A stretch of DNA of 64,000 nucleotides from Octopus sinensis (lineage: Eukaryota), in contig NC_043004.1 of assembly GCF_006345805.1 (NCBI RefSeq), positions 89,962,001 through 90,026,000 on the forward strand, read 5' to 3'. A program made the position numbers and the translations under genes. How positions within the stretch are numbered: the stretch's first letter is position 1; each line of letters begins with the position of its first letter. The notes under the pieces are model-generated. The model had not been told where the DNA came from. It worked only from the letters and a program-made list of their open reading frames with translations, and searched no databases. Positions 51,861 through 64,000 of the stretch are shown in pieces.

Positions 51861-52211
51861 TTGGATCTTGTGGAGCAGAATCTATTTAGGTCATGATTGT
51901 CAATGTGGATACAATCATAGTTTAGTTTCTGTGAGAGCAAAGTAGACCAATGTAAGCAGATAAATGTATATACATATATTTGTTCAGGCATTTTACAACC
52001 ATTTTCCTTGCTAGCATGGACAGAGATATATTTGAGGAATATTTTATGGCTGGATGCCTTTCTTTTCACCAACCCTTACCTGTTTTCCAAACGAGGGATT
52101 TTTTATTTCAATGGTCTTTGAAAGTACAGAGCAGCCGAATGTATTGTCTGCAGGGAATTCCCTGCTCTGTGCAGACAACATCACTATTTTGCTTCAATGG
52201 TATGGCGAGCT

Positions 52212-52506
52212 GGATGAAAGGCAAAGTCGACCTCGGCGGAATTTGAACTCAAAACGTAGCGGCAGACGAAATACCTATTTCTTTATTACCCACAAGGGGC
52301 TAAACACAGAGCGGACAAACAAGGACAGACATAGGTATTAAGTCGATTACATCGACCCCAGTGCGTAACTGGTACTTAATTTATCGACTCAGAAAGGATG
52401 AAAGGCAAAGTCAACCTCGGCGGAATTTGAACTCAGAACGTAGCGGCAGACGAAATACCGCTAAGCATTTCGCCTGGCGTGCTAATGGTTCTGCTAGCTC
52501 GCCACC
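52212..52506 (-). mobile_element. SINE family B partial dimer
   Basis: Full unit 52275-52506 plus a partial second unit joined at tail-ggtatttcgtctg. Confidence 0.85.
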
Positions 52507-53189
52507 ATCTCAATGCAGACATGACACCCAACTTCTACCCCATTCCACACATACAAACACTTCAAAAAAGATTACGATGAGCTTGTTTAAAAACTGTAAC
52601 TCCATTCCACATCCTTTCCTTCTACCTGCAAACCACTAAAGCAATCCAAACTTCTTAAGCAATACGACTCTTCATTTATTATCATAATGAAAGTAATAAA
52701 ATTTACATCAATAGACCTCTCAACAGTTTAACTTTTACTTTACAGGCTTCAGGCCAGTCTTATACTTTGAGTTATTGTAAATCTAATATAATAAATGTGT
52801 AAACTAATTTCTGTGAGTCAGTGTGTCACGTTTAGCCCCCTCCTCTCCCATTATTCAATGACACTCCTACTATTCCTCATGATGGGGTGAGAGTAATAGT
52901 AGGCACAGAGACAGTGAGGGCAGTGGCGAAGAGAGAGGGAGAGAAAGAAAGAAAGAAAAAGAGAGGGAGAGAAAGAGAGACAAAGAAATTTAGGGAGAGT
53001 TGATGATGATTTATTAAAAGTAGTAGTGGCAGTGGGAGTAATAATAAAAGTGAGAGAAAGAGTAGGTATGTGAGAGAAGGAGGGAGATGATGTACAACTT
53101 TGATAACCATGTCTCTTTGATAAAAATCCCTGTTGCCAACATACTGAAAACTATCATTTTTGTTTTCTTTAATACATATATACATACAC

Positions 53190-53225
<36 letters not shown>

Positions 53226-53334
53226 GCACACACACACACATAAAATAAACTTTAACTGAAATAAAGTTTTCCCTAGATTATATTTAATATAATAAATGTG
53301 AATGTCAGTGTGTCACACTATTTCAACTTTAATA

Positions 53335-53548
53335 AATCCTTTCTGCTGGAAGCACAAGGCCTCAAATTTTGGGGGAAGGGATTAAGTCGATTACATCAAT
53401 CTCAGTGCGTAACTGGTACTAATTTTACCAACCCCAAAAAGATGAAAGGCAAAGTCAACCTCAGCGGAATTCGAACTCAAAACCTAACAGTAGACAAAAT
53501 ACTGCAAAGCATTTTGCCCAGCATGCTAACGATTCTTCCAGCTTGCCT
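53335..53548 (-). mobile_element. SINE family B, decayed
   Basis: gattaagtcgattacatc...gatgaaaggcaaagtcaacc...aattcgaactc. Confidence 0.7.
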
Positions 53549-53554
53549 TAATAT

Positions 53555-54111
53555 AATAATATGATATAATAAATCTGAATGCCAGTATGTCAGTATGCCA
53601 CACTTTATTAACTTTCCTCCTAGAGGCCGTAACCCAGCATATCATACCATTTTGGAATCAGGTTGACTCCGTGAGTAAATTAAAATCATTCCAGCCTGAA
53701 TCCGGACCCACAATCCTGAAATTTTAGATTCCTAAGTTTTCATTACTGTGATTGTTTTCGGCAATTTTTTTACATGACTTTTTGCGACAAAATATTTTGT
53801 ATGATAACAATTTTTATAATCTAAAGCTAACTCTGTGACTAAATTAAAATCATCACGGGCCGAATCCAGACCTGCAATCCTGAAAATTTAGATTGCTATG
53901 TTTTCATTACTGCGATTGCTTATGACAATTATTTTTACATGATTTTTTTGAGACGAATATGGTCATGATTGGGATATGACTCTGGAGGAAGCAATTGCAA
54001 AAAATTCTCGAAAACAAGTCAGAGATTTGTTTGCAGGTTTTCCCATTCAGGAGTTGCGTAAAAGCTAAATACTAGCTTAAAAGCCATCCTATCAGGTAGT
54101 TTTTAAGCTAG
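53555..54111 (+). mobile_element. Non-autonomous Helitron-like element with ~165-bp tandem duplication and a RepHel scrap
   Basis: WDMTLEEAIAKNSRKQVRDLFA (53970-54035) resembles the Helitron motif HW.TL.EA....QLR.LFA; ends ...ttttaagCTAG|T. 5' boundary approximate. Confidence 0.6.
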
Positions 54112-55169
54112 TATATATTATTTTCAATTTCCCTAAATAACAAAATTGAAATAGAAGCAGTAAAATCACACCTTTTAAGTTAGATGAGTAGTAGATAAGT
54201 TGCCTACTCTCAACAAGTATAAAACAATGTTTCTCAAGGCTCAGATATTAGGCTGGATTTCTTTCAATAATAAATCATAAAACATTCTACCTTTTCTATA
54301 TCAACTGGATCTGTCTCACTCTTTCTTTCGTAGATATAAAGACAGGCTGAAACAAAACACTGGTTGTATAACATATACCCTAACTAGACTGAAACGTGGT
54401 ATATCCTGTATGTAGGACCTGTATGTTATTCTGAAATGTTTAGTTGTCTACCTCATACCAGAGATCAGCTTCACCGAACTCAGCAAATTCTCACCACAGA
54501 AACAAAATGGGCTTTAGTGATTCTCAGTTATGGTATCCTCAAAACAGTTCTTAACATAAATTTCAGTGAAAATTTAAAATTGTATCTTTTTCAAAGAGAA
54601 AGGTCATTACTTTAATGTATGATGTGTCCAGATCATTTTATTGAGTCATACTTATTCGTTTACTTATGGGTCAAACAATACAATATAGAAAAGCTTGATT
54701 TCGGTAGGGACTACTGTTAATGCTACTTTAGCTGGAAGATTTCCCACAATGGGAGGATCATCTTTAAACTTGTACCTACTTTCTTGCTAATATTGTAACT
54801 AGCACTTAAATAAATGATGACATTTACTAAAAAATCAGTTCTAACATAAAATGTATTGATATACCTACAAAATATACCTTCTGCAAGAAAATCTTAGTTG
54901 TACATGACCAACAATTGTACATATCTGTAATTTAATGAAATAACGAAAACACTCACACTTCTTCAAGTGGTTGCAACTAAGACAAGTTTCACAGTGCTGC
55001 CCCAGAAATCTTGTCTCCCATTAGCTTTGGTAAGTTCTCAATTTCATATTGTGTCTCTATCAATAACATCAATCTAGCTGAGTCATCTTTATCTTCTATT
55101 AAAATGCAAAAGTCTCCAAACTATAACATCTAATATGACAAATTGTCCAGCATGATAATAATGGCTAGC

Positions 55170-55880
55170 AAAGCCTACCCTGCAATGAGTGACAACAGAA
55201 GAGATAGGTGAAGTATGTTCGTAAATATCCTCTTTGGTCTTGTACTCAAGTCATGCGATGTTTGAGCCTTTGTGAAAAATCTTACGTTTGTACCATCAAG
55301 GCAATCGTGAAGCTTTTTCTTTGTAGTCCAGGTTTGAATTTCACAGAAAAGAATGCTCTCTAGACATGTCCTGAAGAGGGCCAGTGTTGTTGAATTTGAA
55401 ATAATAGGTTGCCAGATAAGTTTGTTACAGATACTCCATTCTTTGCCTGTCATAGGATCCATGGTACTTGAACTCATTGACCTCCTTGAGGTGTGTACCA
55501 CTATTAGAACAAATTGGCAGGTGGTTTTCATCTTCAGTGATGGCCATGTTTTCAGTCTTCTTTGCATTGATGAACAGACTTAGTTTCAATGCAGCATTCT
55601 CAAGAGATGTTAACAAGCCATGTGCATTACACAGTTAATAAGCTGTGAGGGTAAGACCATCAACATAATCAAAGTTGGAGAGATACGGGTTCTGCTGACA
55701 TCTTGATTACTTCTGCTGGAAAGCAAAACCCTTGTCTTGGATGGGGTTAAGATTTTGTCCATTACAATTACAAAGAGAAAAGGAACTAGGGAGTCTCCCA
55801 GAAGAATTCCAGTTGTTGTTGGAAACTCTTTAGTTGGATTGTCTGCTTTGCACAAAGCTTTTGGGGTTTTCATATATGAT
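55170..55880 (-). mobile_element. Decayed RTEX/RTE-type RT fragment
   Basis: TTTGILLGDSLVPFLFVIVMD (GVLQGD.L.P.LF motif) and FKYHGS...LFRTCLESILF..QTWT. Confidence 0.72.
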
Positions 55881-56657
55881 GGTGATGGCTTTGAAAATCA
55901 ATGTAATGTTAGCTTATTACTGTTAATGCATTTCAAAACATCAAGTATTATTCCTTGATCCCCAAAATAAATGTGAATAGCATTGACCTGATTAAAATAA
56001 TCTTAACTTTTTTTTGCAATACAATGATTTTTTTTCTTTACATATTCCCAGATTGTCTCCAGATATCATGTCTAGTCATATATATATTATTGGGCTATAA
56101 TAGGTATATATAGAAAGAATATATGACATCTAACATAATCAAAGAAAGAAAAACCATAATATTTTTTAATGCTTTAGCCAGTAGAAAGGGTAAGTGTTCA
56201 TGACCTTTATGGGCCCTTCAACATTGGTGAGATTGAATATAGTTGCCATTCAGTCTGAACATATATAAAACAATGCCAACAGGAAAAAAATGTGGCAGGA
56301 AAGGATTGTTTCCAACTATAAAATTGTTTACATTGGAAGGGAATTTCAAACTTATCACATTTTGGAAAGTAAGAATTGGGTAAAGTGATAGCTGTAAGGC
56401 CTGGGGAAGGGTAGGAGGCAGTATGAGTGATGAGACACAGGTATGTCACCTGATGGTATGCAACTAGCTAGTTCTAGGAACAGAAACCATTATAATAGTG
56501 ATAGAATAGGCAAAGTTGGGAGGTAGTACATCTACGAGTCAGAGATTGCAGAGTTTTAGAGAGTTTCTGCAATACAGTCAGGTAGCATGCTTTTGGTTTT
56601 GTGGTCTGGGACGTCCGATACATTCAAGATGGAATGTGTATGTCAGTGAGCGGGGTG

Positions 56658-56797
56658 GGGGCATGGTCATAAAGGACATGCCTGTATGTGTAGATGGCCA
56701 CAGTTTTACTTGGCATGCTGTGCTTGAGAAGACACATCATGCTAACTAAAACCGTGGCCATCCATACATACAGGCATGTCCTTTATGACCATGCCCC
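56658..56797. repeat. Near-perfect inverted repeat (60-bp arms, 20-nt loop)
   Basis: Arms 56658-56717 and 56738-56797 differ at 5 of 60 positions; the outer 32 bp are identical. Confidence 0.9.
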
Positions 56798-59782
56798 TGC
56801 CCTATTCACACACACACAATCCATCCTCTGTCAAAACACCCCTACAACCCATCTTCACAACATCCCTCCATCTCATTACCCATGAGCACCCCCCCACTCT
56901 CCCTCACATGCCTATCTATGCACTCTCCATGCTCTAAAATATCTATCATACCACCACTCTCAGCCACTACATGTTCTCTCACCATCACTTGTTACAGCCA
57001 TGTCTTCCCTTGTTTCTAAACATCTTCCTTCATGCTCTTATGGAAAATCTCCCTCTACCCCCTGTGTACTACTTATATCCTGCCCAATGTTCCCTGTAGA
57101 TAGGCCTCAATACACTGCCAACCACCATCTATTTCTCCCTCTGTTACTCAGACTGTCTCTCTATCTTTCTCTCTAATTCTCTCTCCCATCTTCCCTGTCC
57201 TGCTGGAGTAGTCAAGTACTATCTCTATCCTTCTAGTATACTCTATCTTCTCACCTGGCTCACAGCCACCTCCCTCAGTTCCACTACCTCACTCAGTTGA
57301 GAGGTCTTTGTCTTGCAAACTACTTGACAATCCCACTGATGCCATGTACAAAGCACCTGTGTGGTGCCACATAAAAAGTACTTGTGCTGGTGCCACAGAA
57401 AAAGCATCTAGTACATTCTGCAAAGTGGTTGGCATTAGGAAGAGCATTAAGCTGTAGAAACCATGCCAGAAGAGATAAATGGAGCTTGGTGTAGCTCTCC
57501 AGTCTGCCAGCCCCTGTCGAACTGTCCACCCCATGCCAACATGGAAAACAGACATTAAATGGTGCTCATGAAGATGATAATGCATATGTATGAGAGGTGC
57601 ACTCTCTCAGACATATGAAGAATAGTCTACAATGTGCTTGCATTTAAATTAGTTTGTAATTGAAGTAATTTATAGCTCTGGAATAGAAAATTCACACAAA
57701 CTTGTGAAATCAGAATACAATATTTTTTCACAAGAATCATGTGAACACTTGACACAAAATAGTTGGTTTAGTGAACAAAACAAGAGGAGGATCTCACGAA
57801 GGAAGCTCCAAATAATTTGTCACTAAACAATAATTCTGTTCAACAAAGCAAAAGTAAAACAATATGTCAATGAATGTTAAATGCTATTCCATCTCATCAA
57901 GGAGAAATAAATTAATTTCAGAAGATCAATAGTTTCAACAGTCAAACCAAAACATCTAATTAATATTGATTATTAACAAAAACCTATAATCAACCATCTG
58001 ACAAATATCAGTTCTCACATTTACATAGTAAGTTTGTATTAGGTATTTGTTTTTAATGAAGAAAATATTATTTTAATTGTATTTATAATAATACTGATAA
58101 ACAAAATCCAAACTTTTAAATATGCACACAGTATGTGATATATTAAACATACATAAATGTGTTAAGGTGAAAACCAATATTTATCAGGTGTCTAATGATA
58201 TCTCAATAATTACACCAGTGTCCAATTATTGTAATGGTAATTTTATTTTTACTTAGATATTTTTGTAAATTTTTCATAGGAGCAGTATATAGTTAATCGA
58301 ACTGGTTTTAAAACATTATTAATATCTATTTTATCTCCTCCATTCATTCTAATCATTAAAAAAGAAACGTAATTTCAAATCATCACCACTTACATAGTTA
58401 TTGCTTTTAAAAAAACCTGAATTTCATACTTTCCATTTATCCCCCCTTCTTAAATGTAAAGTCATTGTGCTTTATGAAAACAAAATACTGTAATATTTTC
58501 TAATATCATACTCTTTGTACAGTTTCCTGTTCTCCAAGGTATAAACAAAATTATATTAAATAAAAAAAATATTTAGCAATATAGAAAAATGTTGAAAAAG
58601 AATTTTAGGATTTCACTAAAAGAATAATTGTTGACATTATCAAATGAAAACTGAGATGTTGTTTCCATTATAAAATATCTGAAGAGAAAGGTCCCATTGT
58701 TGGGAGGCCAAGAAATGTTATCTTGTTAACAAACAGCAAGTGTTTTAACAATCCTAGTGAAAGTAGGCTATATAAGTAACTAAAGACAGTACTAGTAATT
58801 GTGCTAATTAGTACATAATTTACATAAACTAAGAAACATACATGCACAAATAAGAATTTATAACTTTTCTGAAGAACTTGCCATGTTTGCAGCTTAGGTC
58901 TGTGTACATATAGAATTAGTTAATATATGTATTTATGCATACTTATTTATATTATTAATGACGGAGTGATTAAATTTATGCAGCAAGATAACTTCTGAGA
59001 TGGAAACATGGAGAATAGTGGAGAGACAGGAAAGTGAGATAGGGAGAAAAAGAGAGAAAAGTCAGAGAGAAAGAGTGAGTTTGCGTTTGTGTTGTGTGTG
59101 CTCATGTGTGCATGTGTGTGTGTGTGTGCAATAGACAAAATGAAAATAAATGGCAGATAGAAACAGATAAAGTCTACAGAATATCTATGTAATTAACATT
59201 ACTCTGCACCCCCAGACTCCAAAACAGCATTTTGGTAATAACATTAAATTTCTTGGTTATCTCTTGATTAATCAACTGGAATTTAAGTGAAAGCAAAATG
59301 TACAAAGGCTTTAAATATCAGCTTTTTGTGTTAATTTACCACAAACTTTATGTTTTTATATTGTTTTCTATGCGTTTTCCATGCTACCATAATTCAAAAT
59401 TATTTTGAAAATTTTGCATTTGCATAATATTGGAGCACATATTTTCGCAAACACATGCTCTTTCAACTTTCTAAACACTCAACTGTAAAGAAGAAGTGGA
59501 ATCTGTTGTTAGCCTGGTAGATTGTGGCAAAGAAATTTAGGGGACTTTGCAGGCAAAACATAAAAATAATAGCATGGTTTTATATAGAGCTATGAAGGTA
59601 GTCTGCCAATATGTACCTCATGTACTTGGACCTCATGTACCTGAGCAGTAATTGTCTAGAGGTGTAGGGTAAATATTTGATGGATAAGTTAGTAGCTTAC
59701 AGTTCCAAGTTCAAATCCTCTGATCTAGTTTACTTTTTAATTGTTAAGTGTAAATAAAATGTCAATGGTATAGTATTAAATA

Positions 59783-60167
59783 GTGAGCTGGCAGAATCGT
59801 TAGCACGCCGGGAGAAATGCTTAGCGGTATTTCGTCTGAGTTCAAATTCCACCGAGGCCAACTTTGCCTTTCATCCTTTCGGTGTTGATAAATTAAGTAC
59901 CAGTTACGCACTGGGGTCGATGTAATCGACTTAATCCGTTTGTCTGTCCTTGTTTGTTCTCTCTGTGTTTAGACCCTTGTGGGTAGTAAAGAAATAGGTA
60001 TTTCGTCTGAGTTCAAATTCCGCCGAGGTCGACTTTGCCTTTCATCCTTTCGGGGTCGATAAATTAAGTACCAGTTACGCACTGGGGTCGATGTAATCGA
60101 CTTAATCCGTTTGTCTGTCCTTGTTTGTCCTCTCTGTGTGTAGCCCCTTGTGGGTAGTAAAGAAATA
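59783..60167 (+). mobile_element. SINE family B head-to-tail dimer with 20-bp TSD
   Basis: ggtatagtattaaatagtga at 59767-59786 and 60168-60187; second unit starts at 59997. Confidence 0.9.
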
Positions 60168-61820
60168 GGTATAGTATTAAATAGTGATATGGAATAGTGT
60201 ACATTTTTCCTGAAACAAACTGTAGATTGTCTTCAACTATCTATGTGATAACATCCTTAATAGGTCTAGTTGACAGCATAGTAAGACAGCATTTTGTTGA
60301 GAAATAAAAATTCATTTAATTCACTATCAGTGGAACTGCTATATATAATAATAACTAAAAGAAGCAGCTAGTTTACACAGAGTGTATTAGCACCATGTTG
60401 TATCAGTAACATTAAGAGCAGTTAGCTAAATGTAGTTAGCTACCTAATAATTATCTAAGTCACAAAAATTCAAAGCATCAGAGCTTATCTCTGGTTTTCA
60501 CAGCATTAAGCAGTTGCGAAATAAAACCATCTTCTAGATAGTGCACTGGTTTATTGCAATAAATCTTTCATCAATTTCATAGTAACACCACTGCTTAAGG
60601 TAGTGTATTACATTACCTCAAATAGTGCCAAATTATAGCCAAGTGGATTGGACTACCAAGTTATCTGTTTTTAGCCAAAGACACCATATCATACAGGTGA
60701 CTAGGCATAAATTGCCAATCTTTCATCTACAACAAAAGAGACTTTGCTATCTGTGTCCTCACTTCATAATTAAAGTAGTTGCCTCAGGTCAAAAACATTC
60801 CAGCCATGGCCATCCAATCTCACTTTTTTTTACAGGTATTGTGTATCAGGAATCCCAACGTTATCTCCAATTGAGCAAGATCTATAATCATAAGCACTCC
60901 AGTCTCCCCTCTCTTTTCTTTTGTATATCTATAATTGCATAGTTTAATATGTCCTTTCTGCTGTAAAACAATAGAGTGCAATTTAATGGAGTTTGATTGC
61001 TATTTCTAGCAAGATGAGTAGCTACATAGAAGTTCTTTCTGTTGGCTCAAAATTTCATAAAGACTTAGCTGGTCAAGCGACCATGTAGCTGTCGTCTTCT
61101 TATTGGCTCAATGCTGAAATATGCAGCAATATTGCAGTTGAAATATAACAAGCAATGCAGAAAACTTATACTAATAATTATTACAGAGTAAACCATTGAA
61201 TAGACGGTTAAAAATATGACTCAACATTCTAAAGAAGAAACCCATCCTTGTTTCCGTTTTTCATGACACCAACAATGTGAGGAATGACTTAACTGAAGAT
61301 TGAGGTCAACTAAGTAACAGAGTAAGGATGTTTGGACATTGCTTTCTGTCTGACACTAACACACACACACACACACACAACACATACACACACACTTCTA
61401 TAATTACAACTGAATTCCAGAACATTAGATGCCTTTGACTTTTTTTTTTTCATTAAGTTATGTGTAAATGTATATTACAGCTTGTTATCTTCAATAGGTG
61501 TTCAGTGATGGATGAATTTTAAACAAGTGTCAGTGAACCAGTGAAATTAATTACAATACAACAGCATGTTTTGATATATAAACACAAGTGGTGATGACAA
61601 TCCAAGCTACCAGTAGAGGTCATTTGTAACATAACTAAAAGAGCTAATTTTGTGAAATAGAACCAAGAAGTACCCTGGTTATTCACAACCTGTTAAATAA
61701 TTTTGTACACTTTATTTTCAGCCTATATAACCATCAAGCTGTTATCTGTGAATATAATAACCAAATTCCTCTTAGTGCATTCCAACCAATGCTATCAAAT
61801 TCATTCACTGTTTATATAAA

Positions 61821-62219
61821 TCTTTATATATAAAAGTAAGGTTGCGTGTCTGTCTCCTACTATTTAGATTCCTAACTACTCCCACATTTTGCAGTGCAGT
61901 TTAACCAAAACCGGGTATCTTATAGTCGTGATTCATATCGAGCCCTTCTGGGTATTAGCACACGTCTACGATGAGTCTACGATTTAAAAAAAAATTTACC
62001 ATATTTTTTTTCCATTTTAATGCATTTTTTTCGCTATTATATAAGGGAAGTAACTCTCTAAAAATGTCTACGATGAGTCAACGATTTAAAAAAAAATTTA
62101 CCATAATTTTTTTTCCATTTTTAATGCATTTTTTTGCTATTTTTTGGCTATAACTCTCTAAAAATGCTTATATAGTTATTTCCCTTACAAACCCGAGCAA
62201 CGCCGGGCGATACTGCTAG
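61821..62219 (+). mobile_element. Non-autonomous Helitron, family H1 copy 2
   Basis: A|TCTTTATATATAAAAG...cccgagcaacgccgggcgatactgCTAG|T. Confidence 0.85.
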
Positions 62220-62586
62220 TTGTAACTACAACAGTTCACAGTCTGCTTTAAAATAGTTGCTTTTTATATTTAGATAGCCAGCCTGTATTAACATATATGA
62301 TTGATCAGATCAACATGTACAATGATGATTATGAGATGATAAGTATAATATACATATATATATAATGCAAAACTACTTTTTTACTTTTTAAAGGAAGGTG
62401 GCTTATACTCTGTGCATTCAATTGAATATACATTTAATATGAATTTCATTGACTCTGAAAAAGTAAAAGGCTTGAATATAAGATATATAAGAATATATGA
62501 GTTGAATATAAGATTTCAAGGCAATGATCCATCCCAACTGTAGGGTTGTGATAATGAAACCCAAATATTAGTGAAGGAACCATAAA

Positions 62587-62621
<35 letters not shown>

Positions 62622-62699
62622 ATACAAAGTATGCGAATACATATGTACGTGTGTGTGTGTGTGTGTGTGCACGTATGTGTATGTACACACACACAAAAT

Positions 62700-63350
62700 T
62701 TCATACAGTATACCCAGTGCAAGCTGTGAACACATACAACACAAGAGATGCAGTAGAATTACAAGAAGGTTAACAGAGAAAGTAGCCTTTGTGTGTGGCA
62801 GATGCGCAGGAACAATAAACACTAAGAATACACAGGAAATAGATTTCCTCAAGTACCAAGGGTTATCCTTAGAGGTGGTAGACAGATTCCATTACTTAAG
62901 TGAACAAACTAGCAGTGAAAGAGGATGCTCTGAAGGTGCAGTTGCTAGAATTACAACCATCTGGACAAGGTTCGGAGAGCTATTTTCTTTGTTGGTAAAA
63001 AAGGGTTTTTCCCTCAGAGTGAAAAGCAGACTGTATGGTGTTTGTGTACAAACAACTTGTTACATGATAGTGAAATGTAGGCTGTGAATACAGACAACAT
63101 GCAAAGGTTTGAAAGAAATCAAGCCAGCATGTTCTGTCGGATGTCCACTGTCAGTGTGCATATATAACAAAGTGTAAATGTTTTAAGACAAAAACTAGGT
63201 ATAAAGAAGCATCGGATGTAGTGTGCAAGAGAGAAGACTATGCTGATATGGTTATGTGATGTGTATGGATGTAGAGAGCCACATAAAAAGTGCTGATCTC
63301 TAAATGTAGGGAGAATATGTGGAAGAGGAAGACCCATCTCCCACTCTCCT
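62700..63350 (+). mobile_element. RTE (BovB-like) LINE 3' part, decayed
   Basis: HKRCSRITRRL...LEVVDRFHYLSEQ...ARITTIWTRFGELFSLL..KGFSLRVKSRLY. Confidence 0.8.
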
Positions 63351-64000
63351 ACTCACCCTATCCAGTCCTTGATTCCACTTCTTGTATATGCACTTCCCTG
63401 TAATTTGAGTGTACACCTGTCACATCTTCACCATTTCTCTCTCTTTCCTCTCTTCTCTCTCCCTCTCTTTCCAGCTGAGGTAGTCATGTAACTCCTCAAC
63501 TGCAAGACACCTATTTCTGTCCCTCTATTCATATTCTAACCTCTCATCATCTGGCACAAGACAGGAGTGGAAGAAAAGTTTTATAAGTCCAACAGCTGTT
63601 TCTGGGGGCTTAGTGATCCATAATAAGGTTCACCCCTTTAATTTTCTCTGTCGTTTGTATTCTGTGTAAGTTGGCTCTATTAATATGAATATTTATATAT
63701 TCATATTTAAAAATTCATCATCTGAAAGTTTCCACCTTTTGCTTTCTCTCATTTTGCTTGTATACATATAAACATATTTTGTATTTCACACACAAACTAA
63801 TATATTTAACATATTTAATATATTCAATATATTTAATGTATCAAATTTGTTTATCAGAATAATTGCCTCTATACCCGCTCAACTTGATCCCTCTTATAGC
63901 CTTTCTTTACATTGTAGAAGGATCACCTGTAAAGACAACAGAGTCTAAGTTTAAATCTTTTGAGCACTACTAAGTGTCTTCGACACAGAGAATCTCTGGA

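Noticed and set aside
53125-53160. WQQ codons as candidate KLF6/7 exon 1 end
   Set aside because: Followed by GG rather than GT, with an in-frame stop just upstream and no DTGYFS-like motif.
58672-58726. CUGAAGA with a GC hairpin and GAAA
   Set aside because: Several extra nucleotides on both sides of stem II and no stem I; likely chance.
58870-58930. W-Q-GT as candidate exon 1 end
   Set aside because: The upstream peptide (RPKLQTWQ) does not match the KLF6/7 N-terminus.

Overview
AT-rich, microsatellite-dense animal genomic DNA. The SINE/LINE families look to me like those of Octopus (coleoid cephalopod) assemblies; this is recognition, not a database result. One host gene is visible: a minus-strand KLF6/7 (luna-like) Kruppel-like factor, with an internal exon at 36589-37150 and the last coding exon at 13652-13839, joined by a 22.7-kb phase-1 intron. 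I could not find exon 1, which probably lies beyond 64000. The rest is mostly transposon debris: two tRNA-type SINE families, RTE, RTEX-like and CR1 LINE fragments, Penelope-like elements (PLEs), four Helitron-type insertions, Tc1/mariner ends, and piggyBac-, hAT- and TA-flanked MITEs. Main second-look signals: (1) three unrelated small non-coding elements in (TA)n tracts at 2.7-5.2 kb, each carrying a type I hammerhead ribozyme motif, plus a fourth copy at 43.46 kb that starts almost exactly at the predicted cleavage site; (2) several long hairpins in or just downstream of the KLF6/7 transcription unit (about 490 bp at 11.0-11.5 kb, 140 bp at 56.7 kb, 53 bp at 7.6 kb), candidate ADAR or small-RNA substrates; (3) SINE dimers that reuse the same tail-to-body junction at three loci. 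Most long ORFs in the supplied track are microsatellite artefacts or TE remnants. Boundaries of decayed repeats are approximate.
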